DNA of 64,000 bases. Source: Macrostomum lignano (Eukaryota). The stretch spans positions 62,001-126,000 of the forward strand of contig NIVC01002161.1 of the NCBI GenBank assembly GCA_002269645.1. Reading direction: 5' to 3'. The notes under the pieces were generated by a model. It ran no database searches. It had not been told where the DNA came from and saw only the letters and a program-made list of their open reading frames with translations. The translations under genes were made by a program, and so were the position numbers. How positions within the stretch are numbered: position 1 is the stretch's first letter; each line of letters starts with the position of its first letter. Below, piece by piece: positions 14,090 through 45,406 of this stretch.

Positions 14090-15406
14090 AAGTCTGCCAC
14101 AGGTTTAGCCTCAAGTTTGTAGCGCTTGGCAGGGTCTGGACAGCCGGAAATGACAGTACCGGATGTTGACTGCTGCTGCTGAAAATTGAAAAATTGAATT
14201 GATGCCACTTCATGATTACGAGCGTAAACTTTGCTGTTGTGAGCTTGCTAAGGCAGTTGTTGCGAAAGTAATATTGCATAATATGCTTCAACGTAGCTAG
14301 TAGCTATGCTCACCTGGGGCCGCTTGCGATCAAATTTAGCCTTGACGCCGTCGAGCACTTTCTCCAGGCAGGCGCGCTCGCTGTCCGCCAAGCAACCGTC
14401 GGCGGCGGAGTCGGTCAGCCGCTTGTCCAACTGCAGGTAGAGCCGCCACTTGGTCGAGTCGAAGCCCCAGTGGCAGGTCTCCCGCTCCTGCCGGGTGTGC
14501 GCATGTCCAACGAACTGGGCAGGCGAGAGCAACGCCTGGCAGCCATTGGGCCCGTTGCACAAGATGCACGGAGCGTCCGGACTGGTGTACAGGCGTGGTA
14601 TGAGGAAGCCGCGCTGCTTCCCGAAGCAGGTGTGATAAACCCCGATGCCGTCCTCGTCCGTGGGCTGCCGCGGAATTTCGGCAGCTCGCTGTTCAGCAAG
14701 GCTTTGCAAAGTCGTTCGGCGTTGGACTTGGTGATGAGGCCGCAGCTCTCCAGCACCGGGCCGAACACTTTTCGCTCCTTAAGAACGCTCATCTGCTGGC
14801 TGTTGCATCTGTCGCAGAAGATGTTGAGATCCTCGCACACTCGATTGATGTCAGTTAGGGTGGCGCCAGCGCATAGCAGCACTTTGTTGAGCACCTGCGG
14901 CAGGCACAGTCGCTTCTCGCCACCAACGTCGAATGCAAAAATTGACTTGCCTTCGAGCGTTGTCTCCACCAGTTCGCCTGTTAATTGGCTCGGCGGAGCT
15001 GTGCAGCTGCCGGGCGATTGTGTTGACTAGGATGAACATGTCGATGGCTGCTCTCAGCTTCCGATGATTGCTGCCTGCCATTGCTGCTGCCTGGCAACGG
15101 GACCATAGACGAATGAGCGGCTGGCGGCTGACGAGAGTCGACACACGAAAACTGAGTTGTCGGCGAAGGTTGCGACGCACCTAATAGTCTGGCGTTGAGT
15201 ATGCTTCCAGTTGGCGCCACAGTCTGCTGCGGCGGCAGACGGAGCTGAGGCATGGCGATGCTGGGTAAGTAGTAGTTCGGAGTTGGCGGCATGCTGCCAG
15301 GTCTCATGGAGGCTGCCGCGGCGGCGTAACCCTGCATCGTCTGCAGCATGGACAGCGAGGCTGCCTGTGCGATTAGGTTGAAGCTGCCTGGGACCGATGA
15401 GTTCAT
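12853..15406 (-). CDS. SKI: Ski/SnoN-family transcriptional co-repressor (DHD + SAND-like + C-terminal coiled coil), ~673 aa after two 1-nt corrections
   Basis: DHD motif ETTLEGKSIFAFDVGGEKRLCLPQVLN...CGLITKSNAERLCKALL. SAND-like motif VYHTCFGK...CILC...HAH...TCHWGFDSTKWRLYL. Exons 15406-14314, 14178-14003, 13865-13561, 13298-12853, with GT-AG junctions and phases 0/2/1. Exon 1 changes frame near 15012-15014 and 14676-14678. Confidence 0.92.
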
Positions 15407-16609
15407 TATCAGTTTCTTCTGCTGGTCTTCTGACTCTTACAGTTACACAGTTCGTTTTCAAAATTAACGAACAAACAGCACTTGTTTCAGTTTTGAAAAA
15501 AGAAGCGGCAGCTCTTGGAAAGAGCTTTTAGAAAACAATTCAAAGGGGCAAAATAGTGGAGGACAAGGGCAGAAAATATGGGGAAGCGGATTAAAGGGCT
15601 GCGGGGGTTTTGCTATGACAGCGGGCCACTAAGCCTTATATGTTAAGCCCGTCTAGTCTCTCTTACCTTTAGATTTAGACTTCTCTCCTGACTTCAGGCC
15701 GCACAATACGCTCTGTAATATAAGCGGCACTCGCCTAGACTTGTTGGGGGCGCTGGGGTGGGGTAAGTGGGGTGGGCGGTCTGGCCAGAGACGGGCAGAG
15801 AGGACTGGAATAGGGGTGGCTGATATTTTTGCCAGCCAGTTTACGAGACAGACTGAGATCGATGGCTTGGGGAAGGCGGGTGCAGTGTGGGTTGAGGCCC
15901 GCCGCCTGTCTGGAGAGGCGCCGACAACAGACAGACAAGTGAATCTAGTTAGAAAAATCCATGTATATTTTTGTTGTAATTTCGTGATTATTTCAGTGTT
16001 AAAGCAACAAAATGAATATCCAATGCTATCAGCTGTAAGGTCACCTCAGCGCTATGCTTTGGTAAACACAAATTTAGTTTCTTTTGCGTCATTTACTATA
16101 ATAGGCAAAAACGGCCACATTTTTGTATGACTAATTGCCACAAGTGCTTATTACCATAGATTGGCCTACTATAAGTAGAACTACACGGCCCAGTGTAGAA
16201 AATTAGCGATGGGACGATTCGGAGTTCGAGACTCGGCCAAAAGAACACATGGACACATCACATGCCAGATAGCTTAGCCTATGCTTTTAATTAGCGTGCT
16301 GCGACTACAATTAGCATTTGACAATCATTAGGTTGCTGAATTTCTACTTGTTTGCACCCTGAGTCCTGGTGCGAAGCAAATCTTTATATTGTGAACCGAC
16401 AGACGACTGAAAATACGCCCTAGCCCTTGTTGATTTGTGCCTGTGCGGTTATCTAAATTACATTGCAACCCGAAGCTAACGAATTGAAATAATATGTGAC
16501 TGCTAGCTGCGGTTCGTTTAACCTCGTCTAAACTTGGCTTTCCCTGGCTCTAATCGCTAAAGCCGCCAAGCCAGCCCAAACAAAGAGACGTTTAATGGGA
16601 CAGAAAAAG

Positions 16610-16939
16610 NNNNNNNNNNNNNNNNNNNNNNNNNNNNNNNNNNNNNNNNNNNNNNNNNNNNNNNNNNNNNNNNNNNNNNNNNNNNNNNNNNNNNNNNNNN
16701 NNNNNNNNNNNNNNNNNNNNNNNNNNNNNNNNNNNNNNNNNNNNNNNNNNNNNNNNNNNNNNNNNNNNNNNNNNNNNNNNNNNNNNNNNNNNNNNNNNNN
16801 NNNNNNNNNNNNNNNNNNNNNNNNNNNNNNNNNNNNNNNNNNNNNNNNNNNNNNNNNNNNNNNNNNNNNNNNNNNNNNNNNNNNNNNNNNNNNNNNNNNN
16901 NNNNNNNNNNNNNNNNNNNNNNNNNNNNNNNNNNNNNNN
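16610..16939. other. Assembly gap (330 N) between divergently oriented SKI and SOGA genes
   Basis: Run of N. Confidence 0.99.
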
Positions 16940-18964
16940 AATACGAAAAGCGGTATTAAAAGCTAGAAAATTTAGAGTGGCAGCCAATAAAGTCTGGAAG
17001 CTAACAAAACAAATACACATAAAAATGTTAAGACACGTTCTTTAAACGGTGAATAATAACAATAAATTTAGACACCACGACGAGCATTTTCACTTGCACT
17101 TGCACCCGGTCGCCTGACTGCTTTTGGCTAAACAAGCTCCGAACTTGTTTTCCCTCGAGTCTGGGGCTAAATCGATAGGATAGATAAATAATTCAACTGC
17201 AGCACTCAGCCAATTACCAAAAATAACAAGGGGTCTGTATTATTATATTCGGAGCCCGCCGCTTTCCCTTATCAGGACAGGCCAAGCACAGTGAGGGTCT
17301 GCGCTTGCACCCATATCAGTGCCTGATAATATTGCAATAATACAACCAACCCCAACCGCCTCCAATTAAACTAAACTAATATGCTTTTTGGTGCTGAAAA
17401 AGCTAACATTGTATGCGTGCGCATTTTAAAATAATGTCATATTATCAAGTTTGTCAGAGCGGGCAATTACGACTTAGCTTGTGCAATGTACGAGCGTACA
17501 CGGGCAGAAAATCTGTTCAAAACTGCATTGAACAATCCCTGGATGCCGTGTCTCTGTATAAAACGCACTCGTCTATTGAATACTAATAAGTAGTATCAGG
17601 AGTGTACGCACATGCGATGCTGAGCGGGAGGGGGTCCTTTCACGAATCCGAATTTTCACCCGAATGTGGAAAGACGTTGTCTTTCATAAGCCAGAAATTT
17701 CAAGCCTGAAATTAAATTTCGGGTTCGTGAAATTTCAGTTTCGTGAAATTTCGTGTCTATGAAAGCGCCACGCTGAGCGAAGTAAAGCGTTTCATTAGCT
17801 CGAAATTTTACAACTTTTAAAATAACTCGCAATAACACGATGATGTACCCGCAAAAATTCGATCATTTGAAGTTACGAGCTTCTGAATGCAACTCACTCG
17901 AGGCAAATACATGTAGCGACAAAAAGTAATGAAAGGCAATAAAAAGAACTTCAACTTTCAATGGCTATATCTGATCTATCTCTCCCCCTGTTTGTAACCT
18001 TCATCGTGTCGTGTCTCCTCTCCTTTTCTCTCACCCTCTTCTTTTGCACCTTCACCCCAGCTGGCATACCATACATGAACATGTACATGTACGCCCAAAT
18101 GTCAATACTGAAGCCTTGAAAGAATGCATATAAGGTAAGATACACGCTTTGCAGATAGAGTGAGGGAGATGGCTTACTGACAGATGGACGCCGCTGACTT
18201 CCGAATATCCCCCATTCCCGTTGTTCCCTTCAACTTTTCTACCTATATTGTTCGAACAACACGTGCAAGGAGACATGCAGCGGGTTTGAAATTGGAATCC
18301 TGGATCCTAAGTGTGGCTTATTCTCTGAAAAAATAGCAAAAAGTGAAGCAGCTGCATATAGAAGCAGGAAAGTCCATCATGTCCTGCTCTCTTCTTTCCC
18401 CTAGAAGCAATTATTTCTTGTTTTCTTGGGTTAGGTTTGGTGAAGTTTCAAAAAGTTTGTTAAAAAACGCTAACTGCACTGCTATTGAAAATGGTTTGCA
18501 GCAGTTGACTGCTGCAAGTACTAGAAAAATCCCTATATATGCACTTCAGTCTGTCAATGATGCATTGTTTTCGCTATTAACCTCGCTTTGATCGAGTACA
18601 ACGGCATAATTTATGAAATAACCAATAGTGCTTCTTGGCCAGAAACTTCATGACACTCATGAAGTTTCGAGCTTGTGAAGTTTCAAGCCTCGCTTTCTCT
18701 GATATGATCAATATTTAAATTAGGTCGAACTATGAGAAAAATAGCTAAATCACCTGACCTTTCCGTTAAATAGCCTTAAATTTAGTCTGCACGTGTTGGT
18801 TGGTATATTTTAACCTTGTAAACACGGTGTACACGTAAGCCTGCCTTCTTCTGGGCACATCAATAACGGTCACAACCACAAGAAAGGCTAAAGTGTGACA
18901 TACATGAAAGCCCCAACCCGTGATCACAAAGATCACGTGGCAATTCACCCTGCTCAGTTTAAAA

Positions 18965-19316
18965 AAAGGTCCTCCCGCTTTGTCCCCCCACCCCAGCTTG
19001 TGTCACGTTGTGGTAATCAATAATTTTTCTTCAGGGCGCTAAAATATAGCGCCTCCAGCGCCAAAATGAGTCCCTCCGGCGCCAAAATGAGTACCTGCGG
19101 CGCCAAAATGAGTGCCTGCGGCGCCAAAATGAGTGCTTGCGGCGCCAAAATGAGTGCTTGCAGCGCCAAAATGAGTACCTGCGGCGCCAAAATGAGCGCT
19201 GACAACACGATTTTCAAGCAAATAGAAATGTAGGAATTTAGTCATGTACATGTATACTTTGTTGAATTCTTGGTTTTGTCCCCCTCTACCATGAAATCCA
19301 TGGCGCGACGCCCCTG
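18965..19316 (-). mobile_element. Truncated copy of the minisatellite-bearing MITE family
   Basis: Right end ...CCATGGCGCGACGCCCCTG. Both flanks of the 21-bp array align in reverse complement to those of the 34697-35603 element. The other TIR and a TSD are not found. Confidence 0.7.
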
Positions 19317-19399
19317 CTTTCTTGTATATATAGAACAGGGGTCAAAGGCAAGGTGAAGAATCCAGCTCAAGGTTGTGGACTGGGTGAGATGAGAGAGGT

Positions 19400-19585
19400 C
19401 TTTACCCTGGGTCTTTACCCTCCTGAATCCGCCCCTGGTTTTTTACCCTCCAGAATCAGCCCCCTGGGTCTTTACCCTCCAGTATCTGCTCCACTGGGTC
19501 TTTACCCTCCAGAATCCGCCCCCTAGGTCTTTACCCTCCAGAATCCGCCCCCTGCGTCTTTACCCTCCAGAATCCGCCCCTGGGT
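19400..19585. repeat. ~31-bp tandem repeat (GGTCTTTACCCTCCAGAATCCGCCCCTG)
   Basis: About 6 visible units, each ending in a ...GCCCCTG motif like a MITE terminus. Confidence 0.8.
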
Positions 19586-20752
19586 CTTACTAAGTTACTA
19601 CATTTGTACTCCCGTTGTTGGCCCGCCACCACCTCACTTTCCTTCGCCGCCAGTTCCCCTATTTCTATTCTATTCGAAAGTTGGAACTTATGTGCAGTCT
19701 GTCTTCTAGAGTTTGTAAACAGCCACTTACACGATCAGTTCGTGTCTCATTACTAATTTGTCATTGAAGTTGGCAATTGAGGAAAGAAATTCCCCATTTT
19801 AGTGCACAAAACTTTTGTGGAGAAACAATGAAGTTGCAATAAAGGTGCGGGCCGCATAGAAAGTCTGCGAGCCAACCTTGGGACAGTATACCCCATTCAA
19901 GTGCAGAATTCAATATCGACAATCAGAAAAAAGGCTCGCCCAGATTGGGGTTGGGCGGAGACAGATCCCATGGTGCAGAGTGGATGCTGCAGGTGCACAG
20001 TTGGGTATGCTTCGTCTGAACCAGGGACTGCTAAAACTTTTCTGTGTGGACTGGAAACCAGTCTGTAATAATCCCCTGAAGGTTTTTACACATAGAAGAA
20101 ACTGGCAGACAAACCATGAGACCTGTTTCATTTCGTTCGGAAAAGCTACGATTAATGAAAGCTTGAAAAACGGCAAACCGATTTCTTTTTTGGAAAAAGT
20201 GCTACGTGAAACTTCTTTCAAGAAAATGCTTTATTTATTACGCAATGCATCTAGCTTTGCTGGATAAAACTTTTTAGCTGAATTCGTCCGTGGAGATAGT
20301 GTAATTCGCACTTTCTTTACCGGCTTATCGCTACATCTCTTCAGCGTAAAAGCAAAAAACGGGCCTTTCCCCTCTGTTCGCTTCCAGTCCAGTCCAGTGC
20401 TGGGTAGCGCTATAGGAGTCCTTGGTCCTCTAGCCTACCGAATGGCAAACGGACTGGCTGTTCGTTCGTCTTCTGCGGCCAAAAAGCCGAGGCGAGAGAC
20501 CAATAATATTTTCCACTGGAGCCTCCGCGGTCCGCACTCTCCAATGGATGCGGTGCTGGACGTTCGGGTGGTTGACTGCAGGAGGTTTCCGGGTCAGAGA
20601 GGACGGAGGGGAGAAGGAGCGGAAGGGGAAGAGATAGATAAGGAAAGCATTGCTTCTCCCATCCCCAGGCCCAGAGGCACACGTGTAGCAGCATGTTAAA
20701 ACCCCCTCTTCCCAAATTTTCTAGGCAATGATTCACCCGCGCACCGGAGGAC

Positions 20753-36335
<15,583 letters not shown>

Positions 36336-36399
36336 AGCGCCTGACCCGCCTCCGAAACTGACTGCTTCATGACTCACTCAGCCCACCCCTCACAATTAA

Positions 36400-37077
36400 A
36401 CAATAAAAAGTGTTTTAGAGGCCAATCACCCACCCCTCACCAATTAAAAGTGTTTTAGAGACCAATTACCACCAACCCCTCACCAGTAAAAAGTGTTTTA
36501 GAGGCCAATCACCCCACCTCTCACCAATAAAAAGTGTTTTAGAGGCCAATCACCCACCTCTCACCAATATAAAGTTTTTTAGAGGCCAATCACCCACCTC
36601 TCACCAATTAAAAGTGTTTTAGAGGCCAATTACCCCACCTCTCACCAATTAAAAGTGTTTAGAGGCCAATCACCCACCTCTCACCAATAAAAAGTGTTTT
36701 AGAGGCCAATCACCCACCTCTCACCAATAAAAAGTGTTTTAGTGGCCAATCACCCACCTCTCACCAATTAAAAGTGTTTTAGAGGCCAATTACCCCACCT
36801 CTCACCAATTAAAATGTTTTAGAGGCCAATCACCCACCTCTCACCAATAAAAAGTGTTTAGAGGCCAATTACCCCACCTCTCACCAATAAAAAGTGTTTT
36901 AGAGGCCAATCACCCACCTCTCCCAATAAAAAAGTGTTTAGAGGCCAATTACCCCACCTCTCACCAATTAAAAGTGTTTTAGAGGCCAATCACCCACCTC
37001 TCACCAATTAAAAGTGTTTTAGAGGCCAATCACCCACCTCTCCCAATAAAAAAGTGTTTAGAGGCCAATCACCCCAC
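36400..37077 (+). repeat. ~38-bp minisatellite containing AATAAA/ATTAAA, immediately 3' of the SOGA stop codon
   Basis: Unit CCAATAAAAAGTGTTTTAGAGGCCAATCACCCACCTCTCA, with AATTAAAA variants; about 17 copies. Confidence 0.93.
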
Positions 37078-37772
37078 TTATCTCCGCTGCAGGGGTTTTA
37101 AACTTCCCCAGCCTTAAATTAAACGGGGTCAACTCGTCACTTTTAATTTAATGAGCAATAACACAAGCACGCTATCAGTATATTTAATAAGCCAAAACGA
37201 ACCGTTTATTTAAACTCTCTTTGCTTATTCAAATCAGTTGGTTTGTAGAGCTTCGCAAAGTGTTGATGGCGTTATCGTTTTAATTCTTTACTGAAATTTC
37301 CTTAGTTTTTGCAGTTTTGTTGAGCATCCCGTCATTTCTGACAGAGCTTCTCCGCCATTTGTTTAAATCATGTAATTGGTTCAATTTTAATTTAAGCTTC
37401 TAATCTTACGATTTCCCGAAACTTGCAAATAAAAAAAATATGTTAACGCAAAAGCAAATTTGATTGCATAAATAATAATTGACTGCATTCATTCAGGACA
37501 CTTCAGTGCAGTTTATTGTGTTAAAATGAACCGATTTCATGGATAATTAACTAACCTGAGGTAATTCCTGTAAGTAATACAATTTTATACTGGATTTTTC
37601 TAGCGCAGATTAACAAAGTAACAATACCGATGCAGTAAAACAAAATCCTAAAAATTATCGACGATATATAAATTGCATTAGACGGGCATTTAAAACCAAG
37701 TATTTGTGCATGGAAATTTCAAACTGCTAAACTATGCAAAAGATAAAACAAATTGGACGAATATTCAAAAAA

Positions 37773-43286
<5,514 letters not shown>

Positions 43287-43969
43287 GTCATTCACCAGGC
43301 CGAATCGAGAATTTAGGCACCAGAAGATGGAATTGGAAGTCACTCTGAAGACGCTTTCTCGGTATAGCGCTGACGGCCTGCTTTCATTCTTTTAACTGGC
43401 AGGTTTAGCTAGGTAAACAATTTGTAAAACTATGCAGATTCTCTCTCCCTGTGTTGGGCAGAGAGAGAGAGAGAGGCACATTGAGAGCATTCGGGTGAAA
43501 TTCCAGTTTGCTTTCGAGTTTCGAGTCCACGGCAGAGCAATGAAGAGGCCAGAGTAGAGGTGGAGTGACCTACTCAAAGCTGCAGAATAGTGCGCATGCA
43601 TTTTAGTAGGCATCTGCTTGTAAGAAACATCTCATCAACAGCAAGAGCGAGAGGCGCAGTGAACGGCCCCAGCTGCCCCCTCCACTGTCCTGTTTGCTAA
43701 CGCGGCCATTGCAGTTCGAAGGCAAACTGCAGACACACAAAAGCAGATTTTGCTCTAATTACAAGAGCGACCATCTATCCAATTCAAGTGGACTGGTTGG
43801 CAGTAGAGTGCCGTAAGGGCAATAAGTAGGCGTTCGCTACCTCATAACACCTTGATGACAATGCAAAACTCAAAATATTCTATATGCCTTATAGAACTAA
43901 CTCCATTTGAGCTTCGGGGAATGAATTGCTGTTTGCCCTGCTAAGTGCCTGAGCCAATGTCACTAATCT

Positions 43970-44360
43970 AACATGTACATGTATGACAAACACTAATAAA
44001 ATACCTGACCAACACTACATGTATATACATGTAATGACCCAATACCTGACAACTTTAAATGTACGACCAAATACCTGACCAACTCTTTATGTATGACCAA
44101 ATACCTGACCAACACTATGCATTACATGTATGACCAACCTGACCAACAATAAATGTATGACCCAATACCTGACCAACACTACATGTATATACATGTAATG
44201 ACCCAATACCTGACAACTTTAAATGTATGACCAAATACCTGACCAACACTATGCATTACATGTATGACCAACCTGACCAACAATAAATGTATGACCCAAT
44301 ACTTGACCAACATTATGACCCACTATGACCTATTATCTGACCAACATTATTCCTCAATAC
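43970..44360. repeat. Degenerate TGACCAA/AATACC-based tandem repeat
   Basis: Recurring AATACCTGACCAAC blocks. Confidence 0.8.
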
Positions 44361-45004
44361 CTGACCCACACTGTGACTCAACACTCAACTCACAGCAAAT
44401 GCCTGACTCAGTTTGCCCAAGTAATTGACGTTGCGACAGAATGAATAAAAAATAACGGACTCCAACTAAAAGCACAATGTCTTGCATATCTCTTTGTACA
44501 AGTAGAATTGCTAAATGTATTCAGTAAAACCAGTCATTTATCGGTAAAGCCTAACCGATAAAGATTAAGTAAAAAGACTAACAAGAGAATAACAAGTTAT
44601 GAACAAAAGTACAAGCGGACTCGGGGGGGGATGCTGGCTTATCAAATTGCGGCGGTGCAAAAGTTGGAGTAAACAGTCACAAAAACTACACTGGGTTTTG
44701 TTAGCACCGAAAGTGCGTACGTACAAAATTAATGACAATGCAAAATGTTAGACAATGCGCAAATTGGTCTACTTCTTGAAGTAGTGTATAATGAAATATT
44801 GATAAAATAACAAGCAAGCAATACAAAAATAAGTAGGGGGCGTTAAAAAAGGGCGACTGACTTATTATAAGGAAAAAGATAGTACTACAAAGTATTTTAC
44901 AATTTTTGTTACCTTAAAAACCTCGTCGCCTCGTCGCAAGATATCTCCCTTAATCTTTTACCAAACTAACTACATCATGTACGATTCTCTCAACCCATGT
45001 GCTA

Positions 45005-45405
45005 CGAATATCAGCCTAGATTGTACGAATCTCAGCCTAGATTGTACGAATCTCAGCCCAACTTGTACGAGTCTCACCTTATCTGTACGAATCTAACCCC
45101 ATCTTGTACGAATCTCATCCCATATTGTACAAATCTCACCCCATATTGTACGAATCTCATCCTATATTGTAAGAATCTCACCCCATATTGTACAAATCTC
45201 ACCCCATATTGTACGAATCTCACCCATATTCCACGAATCTCACCCCATCTTGTACGAATCTCACCCCATATTGCAGGAATCTCACTCCATCTTTACGAAT
45301 CTCCACCCATCTTGCAAGAATCTCACCCCATCTTGTAAGAATCTCACCCCATCTTGTACGAATCTCACCCCATCTTGCAAGAATCTCACCCCATCTTGTA
45401 CGAAT
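45005..45405. repeat. 21-bp minisatellite (GTACGAATCTCACCCCATCTT)n starting at the hydrolase stop codon
   Basis: Directly visible. Confidence 0.92.
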
Positions 45406-45406
45406 C

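Noticed and set aside
14660-15030. Programmed -1 ribosomal frameshifting in SKI
   Set aside because: No slippery heptamer at either site; the same 3-nt-run defect in the unrelated ORP gene favours sequencing error.
16200-16250. GTTCGAGAC B-box-like motif as a tRNA or SINE
   Set aside because: No A box or cloverleaf could be built.
16592-17020. ORFs spanning the N run
   Set aside because: Artefacts of the assembly gap.
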